From positions 53,467,745 through 53,502,386 of the forward strand of contig NC_068990.1 in assembly GCF_001194135.2 (NCBI RefSeq): DNA of 34,642 bases, in the 5' to 3' direction. The notes under the pieces were generated by a model. It saw nothing but the letters and a program-made list of their open reading frames with translations. It ran no database searches and had not been told where the DNA came from. Within the stretch, counting starts at the first letter, position 1; each line of letters starts with the position of its first letter. Below, piece after piece: positions 1-11,699 of this stretch. The position numbers and the translations under genes are program-made. Source of the DNA: Octopus bimaculoides. Lineage: Eukaryota.

Positions 1-445
1 TTCATAAGTCGTTCTCGATTATACGTCGGTTTTCAAAAATAATATATGATAAAATAAAAATCAAGTTAAGTCATTTTACTTGACTTAAAGTCTGTCCGCC
101 ACAAATATTAGACTCGTAAAATCACTAGAAAACAGTTAGAAGCACATAAAATCATGTTGCTGTAAATAAATAAGAATATAAGCATATAAAATTATATCAA
201 ACTATGTACGGTAAATGTTAAGATACACACCATAAAGTAGTGTGGCTTAGTGTACGAAATCATGAAATCAGCTGTGTTGTATTTTTTGTCAATCTTTCGG
301 AGCTCATATTGCACTGTAGTTCCAACATCGACTGTTAGGCGTCGGTCGTTGTCACTCGTGATTCACGTGATTGCTTTGAATTCAGATTTGTTTACGTCTG
401 TTTATTGGCTACTTTCTCATTCTCATTTATTTGTGACTTTATTTT

Positions 446-2074
446 ATGGCTCCTAAGAAAATTCATAGTGATAAAACGCCATGAAAGAGGTGAAAAAGTG
501 GTAGCAATTGCACGACTTTTGGGGATGAGTTGGACAACTGTATCGACGATTGTACATAATGTCAAGATTTTAGCACACATCAAATCTGAAGCCCTAGAGA
601 TGAAGAACACTATCATAAATAAGAAAAGAGGCAAAATCTTTGAAGAAATGGGAAATCTACCTTCTCTTCAGATTGTTAGGTTGAACCGTCAGCATGCAGC
701 TATTAGTGAAGAAATCATTCAAGAGAAAACATTGTCTTTATTTGAGGATCGGAAGAAAAAAATATCCAGATAAGAAATATGTAGAGTTCAAGGCAAGTCA
801 AGGATGGTTCATGAGATCTAAGGAACAAAGAAGTTATCACTCCATTAAGAAGTAAGGTGAAAGTGCATCAGCTGACAAACAAGCAACAGCAGAATTTCCT
901 AAAGCATTAACGAAAATCATCGAAGAAAACGGGTTTCATCCCGAAAAGATTTTTAACATAGACAAAATTGGATTGTATTGGAAAAAAATGCCACACCGTT
1001 CATTCATTTCCAAGGAAGAGAAAGCTATTCCAGCCTACAAGATCTCAAAAGGACGTGTGACCGTTATGTTGGGAGGTAATTGTGCAGAAGATTTCAAGTT
1101 AAAGCCATTGCTTGCGTCTCATGCACACAACCGCCGTGCCCTGAAGAACATACCCAAGGCATCTCCCCATGTTATATGAGTAGTTAATTCAAAAGCATGG
1201 TTTACTGTTGTTGTTTTTGAAGATTGGTTTTTCAATCATTTTATCTCAGCAGCAGAGAAGTACTGTAAGGAGAAGGGGATTCCTTTTAAGGTTTTACTTA
1301 TCTTAAAGAATGCTTCAGGCCACCCGCAAAACCTCGTAGATTTTGACCCCAACGTTATCGCCGTATACCTCCCTTTGAACACCACGTACCTTCTGCAGCC
1401 AATGGATCAGGGAATAATTGCTATCTTCAAGTGTTACTATATGGAGCGTACGCTGCGGCAAGCAATAGCTGTAATTGATCTTGATGAGTCCATCACACTT
1501 CGTGACTTTTGGAAGAGATACGATATCTACATGGCTGTACAGAACATAGCAGTGGCATGGAATGATGTACAGAGCATGGTTATGAATGGTGTATGGAAGA
1601 AGCTATGCTTGCAGTTCATGAATAATTTTAAGGGGTTTGATAATGTTGCCATTAACAAAACGTTGGTGACTACGAGCAAAGAACTGGAAATGGATTTGGA
1701 GGAGGAGGATTTCACAGATTTATTTGAAAAAGACAAGCAACCCCTAACGAACGAGGGTTTGATAGAACTTCACGAGCAGCAAAATAAAGAAGAGGAAGTC
1801 GAAACTGAGCCACATCACTTTACCATTAAGAAAATGCAGCAAGCTTTTGCATGTATCGAAAAGGTCTTTCTATGTTCGAGGATATGGATCCAAATGTTCA
1901 ACGCTTTTCCAGGATTATAGGGGCTTGTCACGAAGCTTTTGCTCCTTAATCCTAGAGGGAAAGAAAGCAGTTCAAGGAACTCTCAACCGGTTTTTTAAGC
2001 GCATCGAACAACAAGAACAGCCAGAGTTAGTTGTTGATGTTGACGATCCACAGCTATCTATATCCGCGATTTAA
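446..2074 (+). mobile_element. Decayed Tigger/pogo-family DNA transposon (transposase pseudogene: HTH_psq + CENP-B HTH + DDE_1)
   Basis: MAPKK start at 446, then ORF pieces 405-773 (IKRHERGEKVVAIARLLGMSWTTVSTIV, psq-type HTH), 973-1179 (IFNIDKIGLYWKKMP...GRVTVMLGGNCAEDFKLKPLL), LLILKNASGHP (the DNA motif reads KNA), 1375-1920 (NTTYLLQPMDQGII) and C-terminal VQGTLNRFFK. Several stops and frameshifts; TIRs not located. Confidence 0.92.
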
Positions 2075-2205
2075 ACCACCAAATTGTAAATACGTCTTGG
2101 TAAATTTAAATCAATTTAGTTTTTTACTATTGCAAAATAATAATTACTGAATTTGTTTAAACTTTAAAAAGGCTTTTATTTTACCATGTCTTCCTGGAAA
2201 CTGTC

Positions 2206-2782
2206 TTGGGACTGTTTTTGTTTCGCCTTAAATATTTGCATGTGTGTTATTCTAAGGTCGTGCTGGATATGTCATTTGTTGTAAATGCATTCAAAAGGGG
2301 TTTGTATTTTGTGATAAAGAACGACTCTTTACTAATTCATTGGCTACAGGTTGTATCGTCCCTGAATTGATAGAGGGGAAAAATCCTGAAGCTGAGATTT
2401 TTGTTATTTGCGCAAATGTTGATGTGTTTGATCAATGCTATTTTTCTGTTTTTCAAAATTTTGATCTGGGATGTGTGCAGAGCCATCCTTTGACGTAAAC
2501 CGCTTTTTGTTTGGCCTATGTATTGCTCTTGACACCCAGAGCAGGTTAGTGCGTATATCAGATTCTCCAAAGCACATGTGAAGTTGCTTTTCACTGTGAA
2601 ACGTTGTCCCTGTTTGAAGGAGAACTCTGGCCATAAATTGCAAGAGACAGCCCAAATCTATGAAAAGTCTCCTAACACAAGCCCGAATACGCTCAACAAC
2701 AACTTTGAAGCCGTCAGTAAAAAAAATGCGGAAGACTCAACTGTGGGATATGCGTCAATTTAATTGAGGGATCAGAGTTCTT
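2206..2782 (-). mobile_element. Penelope-like element, GIY-YIG endonuclease 3' fragment (inverted segment)
   Basis: ORF 2337-2594: NFTCALENLIYALTCSGCQEQYIGQTKSGLRQRMALH. Reading through the TGA at 2337-2339 continues ISKESFFITKYKPLLNAFTTNDISSTTLE*, a typical PLE C-terminus. Confidence 0.9.
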
Positions 2783-2975
2783 CAAACCCCTTTTGAATGC
2801 ATCTACAACAAATGACATATCCAGCATGACCTTAGAATAACACACACGCAAATATTAAAAACGATACAAAAACAATCCCAATCACTACTATAATCCACAA
2901 CGAGTCACTTTCAGGGCACTTGACCATTTAACATCCTACTACTATCATACTACTCCCGCATTCTTTTATTATTCT

Positions 2976-3008
2976 CTTCTTCTTCTTCTTCTTCTTCTTC
3001 TTCTTCTT
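2976..3008 (+). repeat. (TTC)n microsatellite
   Basis: Direct reading. Confidence 0.97.
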
Positions 3009-3291
3009 TACTTTACTACTACTGCTGCTTAGAATAACACCCACGCAAGTATTACAAACGGTACAGTCAAAACAAGAAACGATTACGAATAAAAACTTCA
3101 GCAGAAGTCGACACCACATCCGTACACTCTCTCTTTCTCTTTATTTCTCTTTTTCTCTCTTTTCTCTCTTGGTCGCTTATTTGGTCTCTCTCTTCCTCCC
3201 CATTCTTCCGTTTACCTCTTCCTATCTTTCTTATGATACGTAGAAATTAAGAATTAATTGTATGTCTACATTTGAATGAGAGGAGCAAGTT

Positions 3292-3345
3292 GAGGTGACC
3301 GATGATGCTATGTACTTAGTGTCTCGAAACATTTTGTTTCATCTC
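3292..3345 (+). ncRNA. Degenerate type I minimal hammerhead-ribozyme-like motif
   Basis: Stem I gaggtga/tcatctc (7 bp, 1 wobble), core CCGATGA (3299-3305), damaged stem II (tgcta...tagtgtctc), GAAA (3326-3329), C-atttt-G, then TT at the cleavage position. Confidence 0.6.
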
Positions 3346-3561
3346 AGTAGTTCTTGGTTGGAATCTCACCTGGATCAAATTTCTTACTCATCCTGTCGAC
3401 CATTAATAAAAAAGGAACCAGATACGCATCTGATAGCTTAATTCAATCAATGGAGGATTTGAAAACGGATTATAATCTTGGGGGAAAATCATCTGTCCAT
3501 ATTTCGAGTGATTTCGGTTAATGAAATTTCATCTGCAAATGAACGGCAAAATACTTATCCA

Positions 3562-3667
<106 letters not shown>

Positions 3668-3894
3668 GCACAGTCATAAAGATAAATGGATATCATCACT
3701 CCGATGATAGCTTAGTCACTATCAATATTTTGTCAGCTATGAGGGACCCATCAATAAAGAGAGGACATGGAATTAGATGAAAAAATATGATCGTCTGGAT
3801 TCTCAGATAATAGCAAGCATATCGCCCACAACACCTTTCTTGTGCCTATCCCCACGCCCATATTTGGCCATCTAAACCGGTCACTATAAGAACT

Positions 3895-4043
3895 CAACTC
3901 GCAACCTGTTCAGTGTTACTGGAAACTTCAACATCAATGGAGATGCAGACAGGTTACACTTCCCACACGCGGATGGTGGCCGTGGCCTTAAATCTGTAAT
4001 GATGTCATATGAAGTACGTATTGTGACTTTGAAACATCTTTAA
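3895..4043 (+). mobile_element. Non-LTR retrotransposon fragment (R4/Dong/NeSL-like, post-RT thumb region)
   Basis: Translation TRNLFSVTGNFNINGDADRLHFPHADGGRGLKSV matches the RLE-type LINE motif HPKSDVDRLYLPRxxGGRGL. Confidence 0.7.
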
Positions 4044-4769
4044 AAGTGGAAGACTACATTAGATATTGTTGCTAGAAGTCCTTAAAATGAAGTGGTTACA
4101 ACTGGAATACCTAATCGATCAGAATTGATACGTGTTGAATAGTAAACAGCAAATGCACACAGACACACACGCACTCACACACACATACACGCACGCACGT
4201 GCACACACACACAGTCGCACTCATACACATTATACATTGATACATAGTTGTTGTCATTGTTTCTATTGTCTTCCACCGAGTTAGATTTGAGAGATTTATG
4301 GTCAAAAATGTTCCATCAATGGACATCCTATATTTGTTGAAAACAAAGAGACAAATTCCCAAAAGTCATCATTTTTCAGACAGCAGGGTATGTTTTGAAG
4401 GAGATTTGGTCGCTATTTCTATCAGGACTAGCGACGGTATAGAGGTCTTTTCCGTACACTCAATGATTTACGCTTCTACCGGTTAGTCCTCAAGTTTCCC
4501 AGGAATTTACTAAACCTGTAATTATAATCATATTCTAGGGTTTCTTTACTCATTTTCGCCTATCTGCTAAAGACATGGTGTGCTATCTGCTGGGAGTAGA
4601 AATATTATATTCCCAAGACTCATATTTTGGTCATTGAGTAAAGCTGGACGCTTTACATCGGATCGGAAACCATTCCAAACCTCAAAGGATTCAAGAAACG
4701 CTCATTAACAGATATCAAGATAATGAAATATTAATTACATCAGACTTCACCATAGATAAGGATTTCATT

Positions 4770-5085
4770 TAACATAAATACATACACACACGCGCGCACA
4801 CATACACACATATATATACAACTACGCATACACACACACACACACACACATTCGTACTTAAGTATGTGCATACGTGTAAGTATAGGTGCATATAATTGTA
4901 TATGCATGTAGTATGTATGTGTGCATTCGTATGTATGTGTATTTGTGTACATGTGTACGACAGCACGAGTGCGTATATAGGAGTTGCTTTGAGATAATGT
5001 AGATATGTATTTACGTTTCAGCATTATACCAAGAATTTTGTGAACATGCATGTGGTGTGAGTGTGTGTATATGCGTGTGCGCGCG

Positions 5086-5146
<61 letters not shown>

Positions 5147-5325
5147 CATATGTACATATATATATATATGTATACACACACACACATATATATACATATA
5201 TATACATATATATACATATATATATATCCATATATATACATATACATAAATACACACGCACACACACACACTAACACACATGCACACACACTAACACACA
5301 CACACGCACACACATATGCGTGTAG
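4770..5325. repeat. Compound (CA)/(TA)/(TG)/(TACA) microsatellite block
   Basis: Direct reading; pure (TA)n at about 5087-5142. Confidence 0.95.
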
Positions 5326-6148
5326 TTAAATCTATGTCGGGTCATAGAGTGACCAATGGTTTCGCATCCACAAAGGGCTTAACACCATGGAAGTCGCGTC
5401 AGACTATTAAGCCGAAGACATGTAACTCTTCACCTCTGGGAGGCAGGAATCCGTGACGGTCAGTTGGTCAGTAAGTCACCAAAGAATAGATATTCCGGGG
5501 TCCTCTCCTTTAGACCAGTTCCTCTGGACCAAAAGGGGTGGGAACATACATACTAGTGCCACATCAACAATAGGCATGCAGTCGTAGTAAACTGTTTAAA
5601 GTTTTTTGCCAAACATTATCCACATGAATTATACTAATCTAATTCAGCCTAAATCAGTAACATTTTTGTTTATTACCTGTTACAAATAAGATCTTTTCTT
5701 TGACATCTTAGCATTATACAAACGAGAAAAGAAAAAATACTTCTTACATTGAGGAATTTTGTGTTTCTGATCAAGGCTAATATAGAGAAGAACAAGACCA
5801 GCGATACCTGCTACAGTTGTAAGGCTTACTTAGTCTTTCCATTCAACTCAAGATCTATTACGGGTCTATCAAAAATTGCATAAAAATACTTCTATCAACA
5901 ATGTAACAGGGTTAAGAATTTTAATAAAACTTAAACCACTTCACAACAGGCATCTTTCGTTGTCCAAAAATTACCTGTCGCAGACAGTATATGCTACTCT
6001 ATCTCATGTGATGCTTATTGACCTTTCAAAACGACCCAAAAACTGACGTAAATGAGAAGAGAATGAGAAAAATGTAAATAAACTGCCGCCGCTATCGCCG
6101 TTACTTAACTCGTATATATCTCCGTATGAAACTGATCCGGCAGAAGCT

Positions 6149-6198
<50 letters not shown>

Positions 6199-6329
6199 NN
6201 NNNNNNNNNNNNNNNNNNNNNNNNNNNNNNNNNNNNNNNNNNNNNNNNNNNNNNNNNNNNNNNNNNNNNNNNNNNNNNNNNNNNNNNNNNNNNNNNNNNN
6301 NNNNNNNNNNNNNNNNNNNNNNNNNNNNN
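6199..6329. other. Assembly gap flanked by (CA)n and (TA)n
   Basis: N run. Confidence 1.
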
Positions 6330-6366
<37 letters not shown>

Positions 6367-6799
6367 TATACTGTAAGAAAACACTGTTTGAAAATAATTT
6401 TTTGAATTTCTATCAGCTATCATTAAATACCAGACCATTTTTAACGAGAGTTGAGGAAAAACAACTCTCGTGTAAAAAGTTATTGACTATATCGCTGGAG
6501 ACCATATGAAAACATGTGATAACACCTCTTAGACTATCAATATCTACTTGAATACAGCTGCTATCACTCTGAAAGGAGGCACCTGCTGTGCACATGGTAA
6601 CAAAATAACTCAATATAGGGAGCCCATGCGAATAAGAAAACTTGGAAGAAACCTTCAACCACAAGCGTTGCAGAGTCGGACATTTAAGTATCATTGCAAG
6701 ATGTAAAATTAGTAATAAGCTCTCATTTCACTAACTACATCGTATGAGAAAATTGATGACAAAATGAACAGAGAGTCAACATTCCAAATATATTAGTTT

Positions 6800-7200
6800 T
6801 AAAACCCCAACTGAAAACGTTGAGTGAAAAACTTTGTCAGAACAAAAATCAAACTATTTAATCGAGGCAGTTTGGATGTCTTGTATAATAGAGGGGGTGA
6901 TATAGGAAGATAAAGAGAAAAAAAAACAGTATCTTTGTGAATAGAGCTTGAAACATTTTCGTCTGGAATCAGGAATGAAAGAAAGGATTTCAATCAGAAT
7001 GCCACCTGGTTAGAGAGAACGAAGAAAGAAGTTTGAAAGGCAAAAATCTTGCACAATCAACTTTGAAAAGTCGCATAATACGAAGACGTTGGGAAAACTT
7101 AACAATTGGATTCCGATACAAAATGTAGACTTGTATAAACAACAGGACTTCAATATCATTCAACTACGGTAGTAGTTGAATAATATTCTTAAGGCCGCAA
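6800..7200 (+). mobile_element. Highly decayed R4/Dong-like LINE fragment (region N-terminal to RT)
   Basis: LETFSSGIRNERKDFNQNATWLERTKKEV and GKLNNW resemble FWxxIW...HNxNAxWL and KxxNWKAPGPD; many stops. Confidence 0.45.
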
Positions 7201-7760
7201 TTTACTCACGTGCAGCATCTTTCAGAACTTGTCGCTAATTCAGTTCTTAACCAAATTGAAAACCTGTTATAGAAGTGTAAGTAACGACACCAATCAAGTT
7301 TAGATCTAAATAACTTTTTTTTTACTGATAGAAGAAAGCATGAAGAATTTCGTAGTTTTGATCCCATGCAATAAAAATTTGTATCAAAAATGTTTTGAGG
7401 TAAAATATCATGAAAAGAATATAAGGCAAAAAATTGGATTTAAGTAAAATTAACAGTTTTATTCTAAAAACAAACTATATTTTAATTAAGCTTAAATGAT
7501 AGAGCTCAATTCGAGGAATTTCATGGTATCAACCACATTCAATGAACTTTTAAATGAAAAATGTTATGAGTGTTTGTTTCTCAAATTTGAGGGTGATAAT
7601 ATAGTTCTATACTTTTTAATGAATATAGTTCTATAAGGGGACTTTTAATATATGTCACCTTAATCATTGAGGTAAGGAAAAAATTATCAACGATTCTGCT
7701 AATTTACACAGTTGACACATTGTTAATCAGCATAATAGCATAGCCTGGAAAAAACACAGA

Positions 7761-8860
7761 TTACATGGAAAAATTCGAGCAAGAGAAATAATATTCTTAA
7801 GATTATAAACCTGGAAAAGTTCAGGACAAGTTATTAAACTTGGAAAAATTCAGGACAAGTTATTACATCTGGTAAAGTACAGAGCAAGAAAATTTTTACT
7901 TAGAATATTGCAGCTAAGGATAAAATTTGGATATCAAAAATTATTTGATTTTAATTTACTAAGTAACATTATAATTAAAAAAGGTACCATCATTTTGTTA
8001 AAATATTGACACACTAGAATACTTAAAAAATGAGAGCCAGAAGTACCAATATAGCTAAAGTTTTATGCAAAGTAGAAGAGTATATATGGTAGGCAAATTC
8101 ATTATGTAAAAAGTAGGCATGTGAAGACTTGGCAATAACTTAGGCAATGACTCAAGCAAATTTTACTGTGAATTTTTTGTTATAGGTAGATTTTACTGTA
8201 ATATATAACTAATTTTTGTATTATTCTATTTATTGTACTAACTAATAATGTACTACTATTATTTTTTATAACCTATTTTCAAATTTCTAATTATTAATTC
8301 ATAACTTTTTAAAGAATGAATGTTTTCAAGGTGCAAAAAACATTTTGAGTTATCTTTTGAATTTTTGATAGAAGTAACAAGTAATAACAAATAGAAGTAA
8401 TAATTTTTAGTCTTAATAGAAGCTAATATTTTCTAAATCTAAATATTTTATTTGAAATTTTATCCTAAGCTGCAATATTTTAAGTAAAAATTTTCTTTTC
8501 TGTACTTTACCAGATGTAATAAGTTGTCCTGAACTTTTCCATGTGTAATAGCTTGTCCTGTAAGGCGGTGAGCTGGCAGAAATCTTAGCATGCCAGCGAA
8601 ATGCTTAGCGGTATCTCGTCTGTCTTTACGTTCTGAGTTCAAATTCCGCCGAGGTCGACTTTGCCTTTCATCCTTTCGGGGTCGATTAATTAAGTAACAG
8701 GTGCACACTGGGGTCGATCTAATCGACTGGCCCCCTCCCCCCAAAATTTTGGGCCATGTTACTAGAGTAGAGTAGAAAAGAAAAGACTAACTTGTTCTGT
8801 AATTTTCCATGTTTATAATCTTAAGAATATTATTTCTCTTGCTCTCCTTTTCATATGTAA
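7761..8860. repeat. Long inverted repeat (arms 7761-7928 and 8455-8860, right arm split by a SINE); foldback/MITE-like
   Basis: The reverse complement of 7861-7928 matches 8455-8522, and that of 7761-7810 matches 8811-8860. Arms carry tandem subrepeats of about 31 bp (ggaaaagttcaggacaagttatt). Confidence 0.85.
8564..8787 (+). mobile_element. tRNA-derived SINE (octopus-type) with target-site duplication
   Basis: Head ggcggtgagctggcagaa, B-box-like gagttcaaattcc, core cctttcggggtcgat. TSD tagcttgtcctgtaa (8549-8563) / taacttgttctgtaa (8788-8802). Same family as 9605, 25790, 31719 and 34445. Confidence 0.88.
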
Positions 8861-9604
8861 CATTTCAATCTTTAACATTTCAAGGAGAGAGAATTTTTGT
8901 GTTTCTGTTTATTTTGACACTGCAGTTACTGATATTTCTTTTACAAGAATGCAGTAGTTGTGTGCTATTGTTTACAAACGCAAGAAATACTAATGAAACC
9001 CATAATTTCCTTGTGAACGAATAAACAGATGGATTTAGCGACAAATGGATTTGGTCATAAAATGTTCATAGCTGACAGTTGAGGCTCAAAAAGTTACTTC
9101 CCTAACCCAAACCTTTACATCAATGGCGAATTTCTTTATACTGGTCCACACAACGAGTGCTACAAATAATTAGGTATTGATGAAAAACATCATATAAAAG
9201 TACGGAGAACAAAGACAGAGTAACTGAGGATTATAATACGAGACAAACATAGTATTCTTATAACAAGACATTATACAATGCATTTGTAGCATATCATTAC
9301 AGATGGTAACATTGTGAATACGTGAATATTCTTTAAGAGGAATTCGTCTCATAGATTTTAATACTCGAAAGAGCCTAAAATCAACAGGAAGCTTCCACAG
9401 AAAAGGTAATATTGAGATTCTTCTCGGGGGGAAAAAGACAGAAAAGAGGCATTAAATCGAGTCATGATGTTTTTCCACGCAACTGACAGAGCTGGGGAAA
9501 AAAAAAGATTATGTGGACATTAATGTTAACGGAAAAGAGCACAAACGAAAAAGTTGAGGACGACCAATGCGAAATTATTGCTGATATTAGTAATTTTATT
9601 CAAT

Positions 9605-9812
9605 GCGGCAAGCGGGCAGAATCATTAGCACACCGGGCAAAATGTTTAGCAGCATTACGTCTGCCCTTGCGTCCTGAGTTCAAATTCCGCCGAGGTTGAC
9701 TTTGGCTTTCATTCTTTCAGGGATCGATAGAATAAGTACCAGTTGAGTACTGGGTTGATATAATCGGCTAGCTCCGACTCAAACTTGTTGGTTTTGAGTC
9801 AAAATTTGAAAT
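9605..9812 (+). mobile_element. tRNA-derived SINE, same family as 8564-8787
   Basis: Shares ctgagttcaaattccgccgagg...gactttg...tcat..tttc.ggg.tcgat. Confidence 0.85.
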
Positions 9813-10700
9813 CGAAATTAGTCATATAGTAATCCAGACGTTGATTGGTAAAAGCCTCAACAAGATTTTCTAAGACTTTGATATACTGTTCTATTTTCTT
9901 GATCTAAACAATGCAGTAAACCAAAGTATCACTTTATACATTGATCCATGACCTAAAAACATCAAAAAGTTTGTTTAGCTGAGCTGAAACAACGCATGAA
10001 TCCATACTTTAAAATTATTAATAAGTTTATTCAGATATATTATATAATTTACCCGAAACAAAAATATAAAATAATTTCATTTATTTCATTGGCTGTTTGA
10101 AGATGAAACTGTGAAACTAATAGACGCAATGTATGTCATTTCCGCTCAACGTAAAATGTATACCCTACAGTGAGGTATTGAGTTATTTATTCCTCTGGAT
10201 TACTTATACTGTTGAGTATATCCATCCTATATTTATATAATATACATGCTTATTACACGCATATGTGTATATCTATGCGTGTCTGTGGGTGTGTGTATGG
10301 CTGGAGAGGATTATGTGTGTGATTGTATGTATATGTAAAGGCATAGATCTATTTCTATATAGGCCTTACAAATTGGCAGTCTTGTTGAACTTGTAGAATT
10401 ACGAGATGACAGCTTTCCTTCATCATCTTTCCATTTTGATATGGTATATCATTTATGGTAACTCTGATCTAGAAATATACTCCATATGGAGTATATTTCC
10501 TTTTTCCGCTCAATTCTAAATTATTTCTTCATACAGACACATATGCCAATACACAAACACACACACAAATACATGCGTGCGTGTATATATATATAAGCTC
10601 TTATATGCATTCATAGAGTAATTAACATCCATAGCCATTCACATTCTACACTGCTTTGTGTATTTGTTTAAATATCCCACCCACACATACATTCATATAT

Positions 10701-11590
10701 NNNNNNNNNNNNNNNNNNNNNNNNNNNNNNNNNNNNNNNNNNNNNNNNNNNNNNNNNNNNNNNNNNNNNNNNNNNNNNNNNNNNNNNNNNNNNNNNNNNN
10801 NNNNNNNNNNNNNNNNNNNNNNNNNNNNNNNNNNNNNNNNNNNNNNNNNNNNNNNNNNNNNNNNNNNNNNNNNNNNNNNNNNNNNNNNNNNNNNNNNNNN
10901 NNNNNNNNNNNNNNNNNNNNNNNNNNNNNNNNNNNNNNNNNNNNNNNNNNNNNNNNNNNNNNNNNNNNNNNNNNNNNNNNNNNNNNNNNNNNNNNNNNNN
11001 NNNNNNNNNNNNNNNNNNNNNNNNNNNNNNNNNNNNNNNNNNNNNNNNNNNNNNNNNNNNNNNNNNNNNNNNNNNNNNNNNNNNNNNNNNNNNNNNNNNN
11101 NNNNNNNNNNNNNNNNNNNNNNNNNNNNNNNNNNNNNNNNNNNNNNNNNNNNNNNNNNNNNNNNNNNNNNNNNNNNNNNNNNNNNNNNNNNNNNNNNNNN
11201 NNNNNNNNNNNNNNNNNNNNNNNNNNNNNNNNNNNNNNNNNNNNNNNNNNNNNNNNNNNNNNNNNNNNNNNNNNNNNNNNNNNNNNNNNNNNNNNNNNNN
11301 NNNNNNNNNNNNNNNNNNNNNNNNNNNNNNNNNNNNNNNNNNNNNNNNNNNNNNNNNNNNNNNNNNNNNNNNNNNNNNNNNNNNNNNNNNNNNNNNNNNN
11401 NNNNNNNNNNNNNNNNNNNNNNNNNNNNNNNNNNNNNNNNNNNNNNNNNNNNNNNNNNNNNNNNNNNNNNNNNNNNNNNNNNNNNNNNNNNNNNNNNNNN
11501 NNNNNNNNNNNNNNNNNNNNNNNNNNNNNNNNNNNNNNNNNNNNNNNNNNNNNNNNNNNNNNNNNNNNNNNNNNNNNNNNNNNNNNNNNT
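10701..11590. other. Assembly gap
   Basis: N run flanked by (TA)n. Confidence 1.
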
Positions 11591-11699
11591 ATATATATAT
11601 ATATATATATATATATCTGTTGTGGTATTTGGGGATGGTCATGTTGCCAGTTTAGCCAATAAAAACATACGCACTATATATTTGGTGTTCACTTGCTTC

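Larger units (their letters stand above)
2783..3400 (+). mobile_element. PLE 3' end / pseudo-LTR (ORF end KPLLNASTTNDISSMTLE*, pyrimidine-rich UTR, hammerhead-like motif)
   Basis: 2783-2881 is the reverse complement of 2206-2304 (about 90% identity by eye). It is followed by (TTC)n, a CT-rich tract and a hammerhead-like motif at 3292-3345. The right boundary is approximate. Confidence 0.75.

Noticed and set aside
1-445. Tigger 5' terminal inverted repeat
   Set aside because: No matching inverted partner found after 2074; the terminus may lie outside the window or have been lost.
4320-4730. Possible LINE remnant on the minus strand (VYGKDLY)
   Set aside because: One short motif with stops in all frames; not enough to assign.
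5330-5600. GC-richer block after the microsatellite, possibly a repeat 5' UTR
   Set aside because: No motif, ORF or second copy in the window.
5775-5830. ctgatcaagg...ctacagttgtaaggc as a hammerhead
   Set aside because: Core, GAAA and stems are all defective.
9020-9330. piggyBac-like peptide scraps (GFGHKMF, LYNAFVAY)
   Set aside because: Too short and scattered; no TTAA or TIR support.
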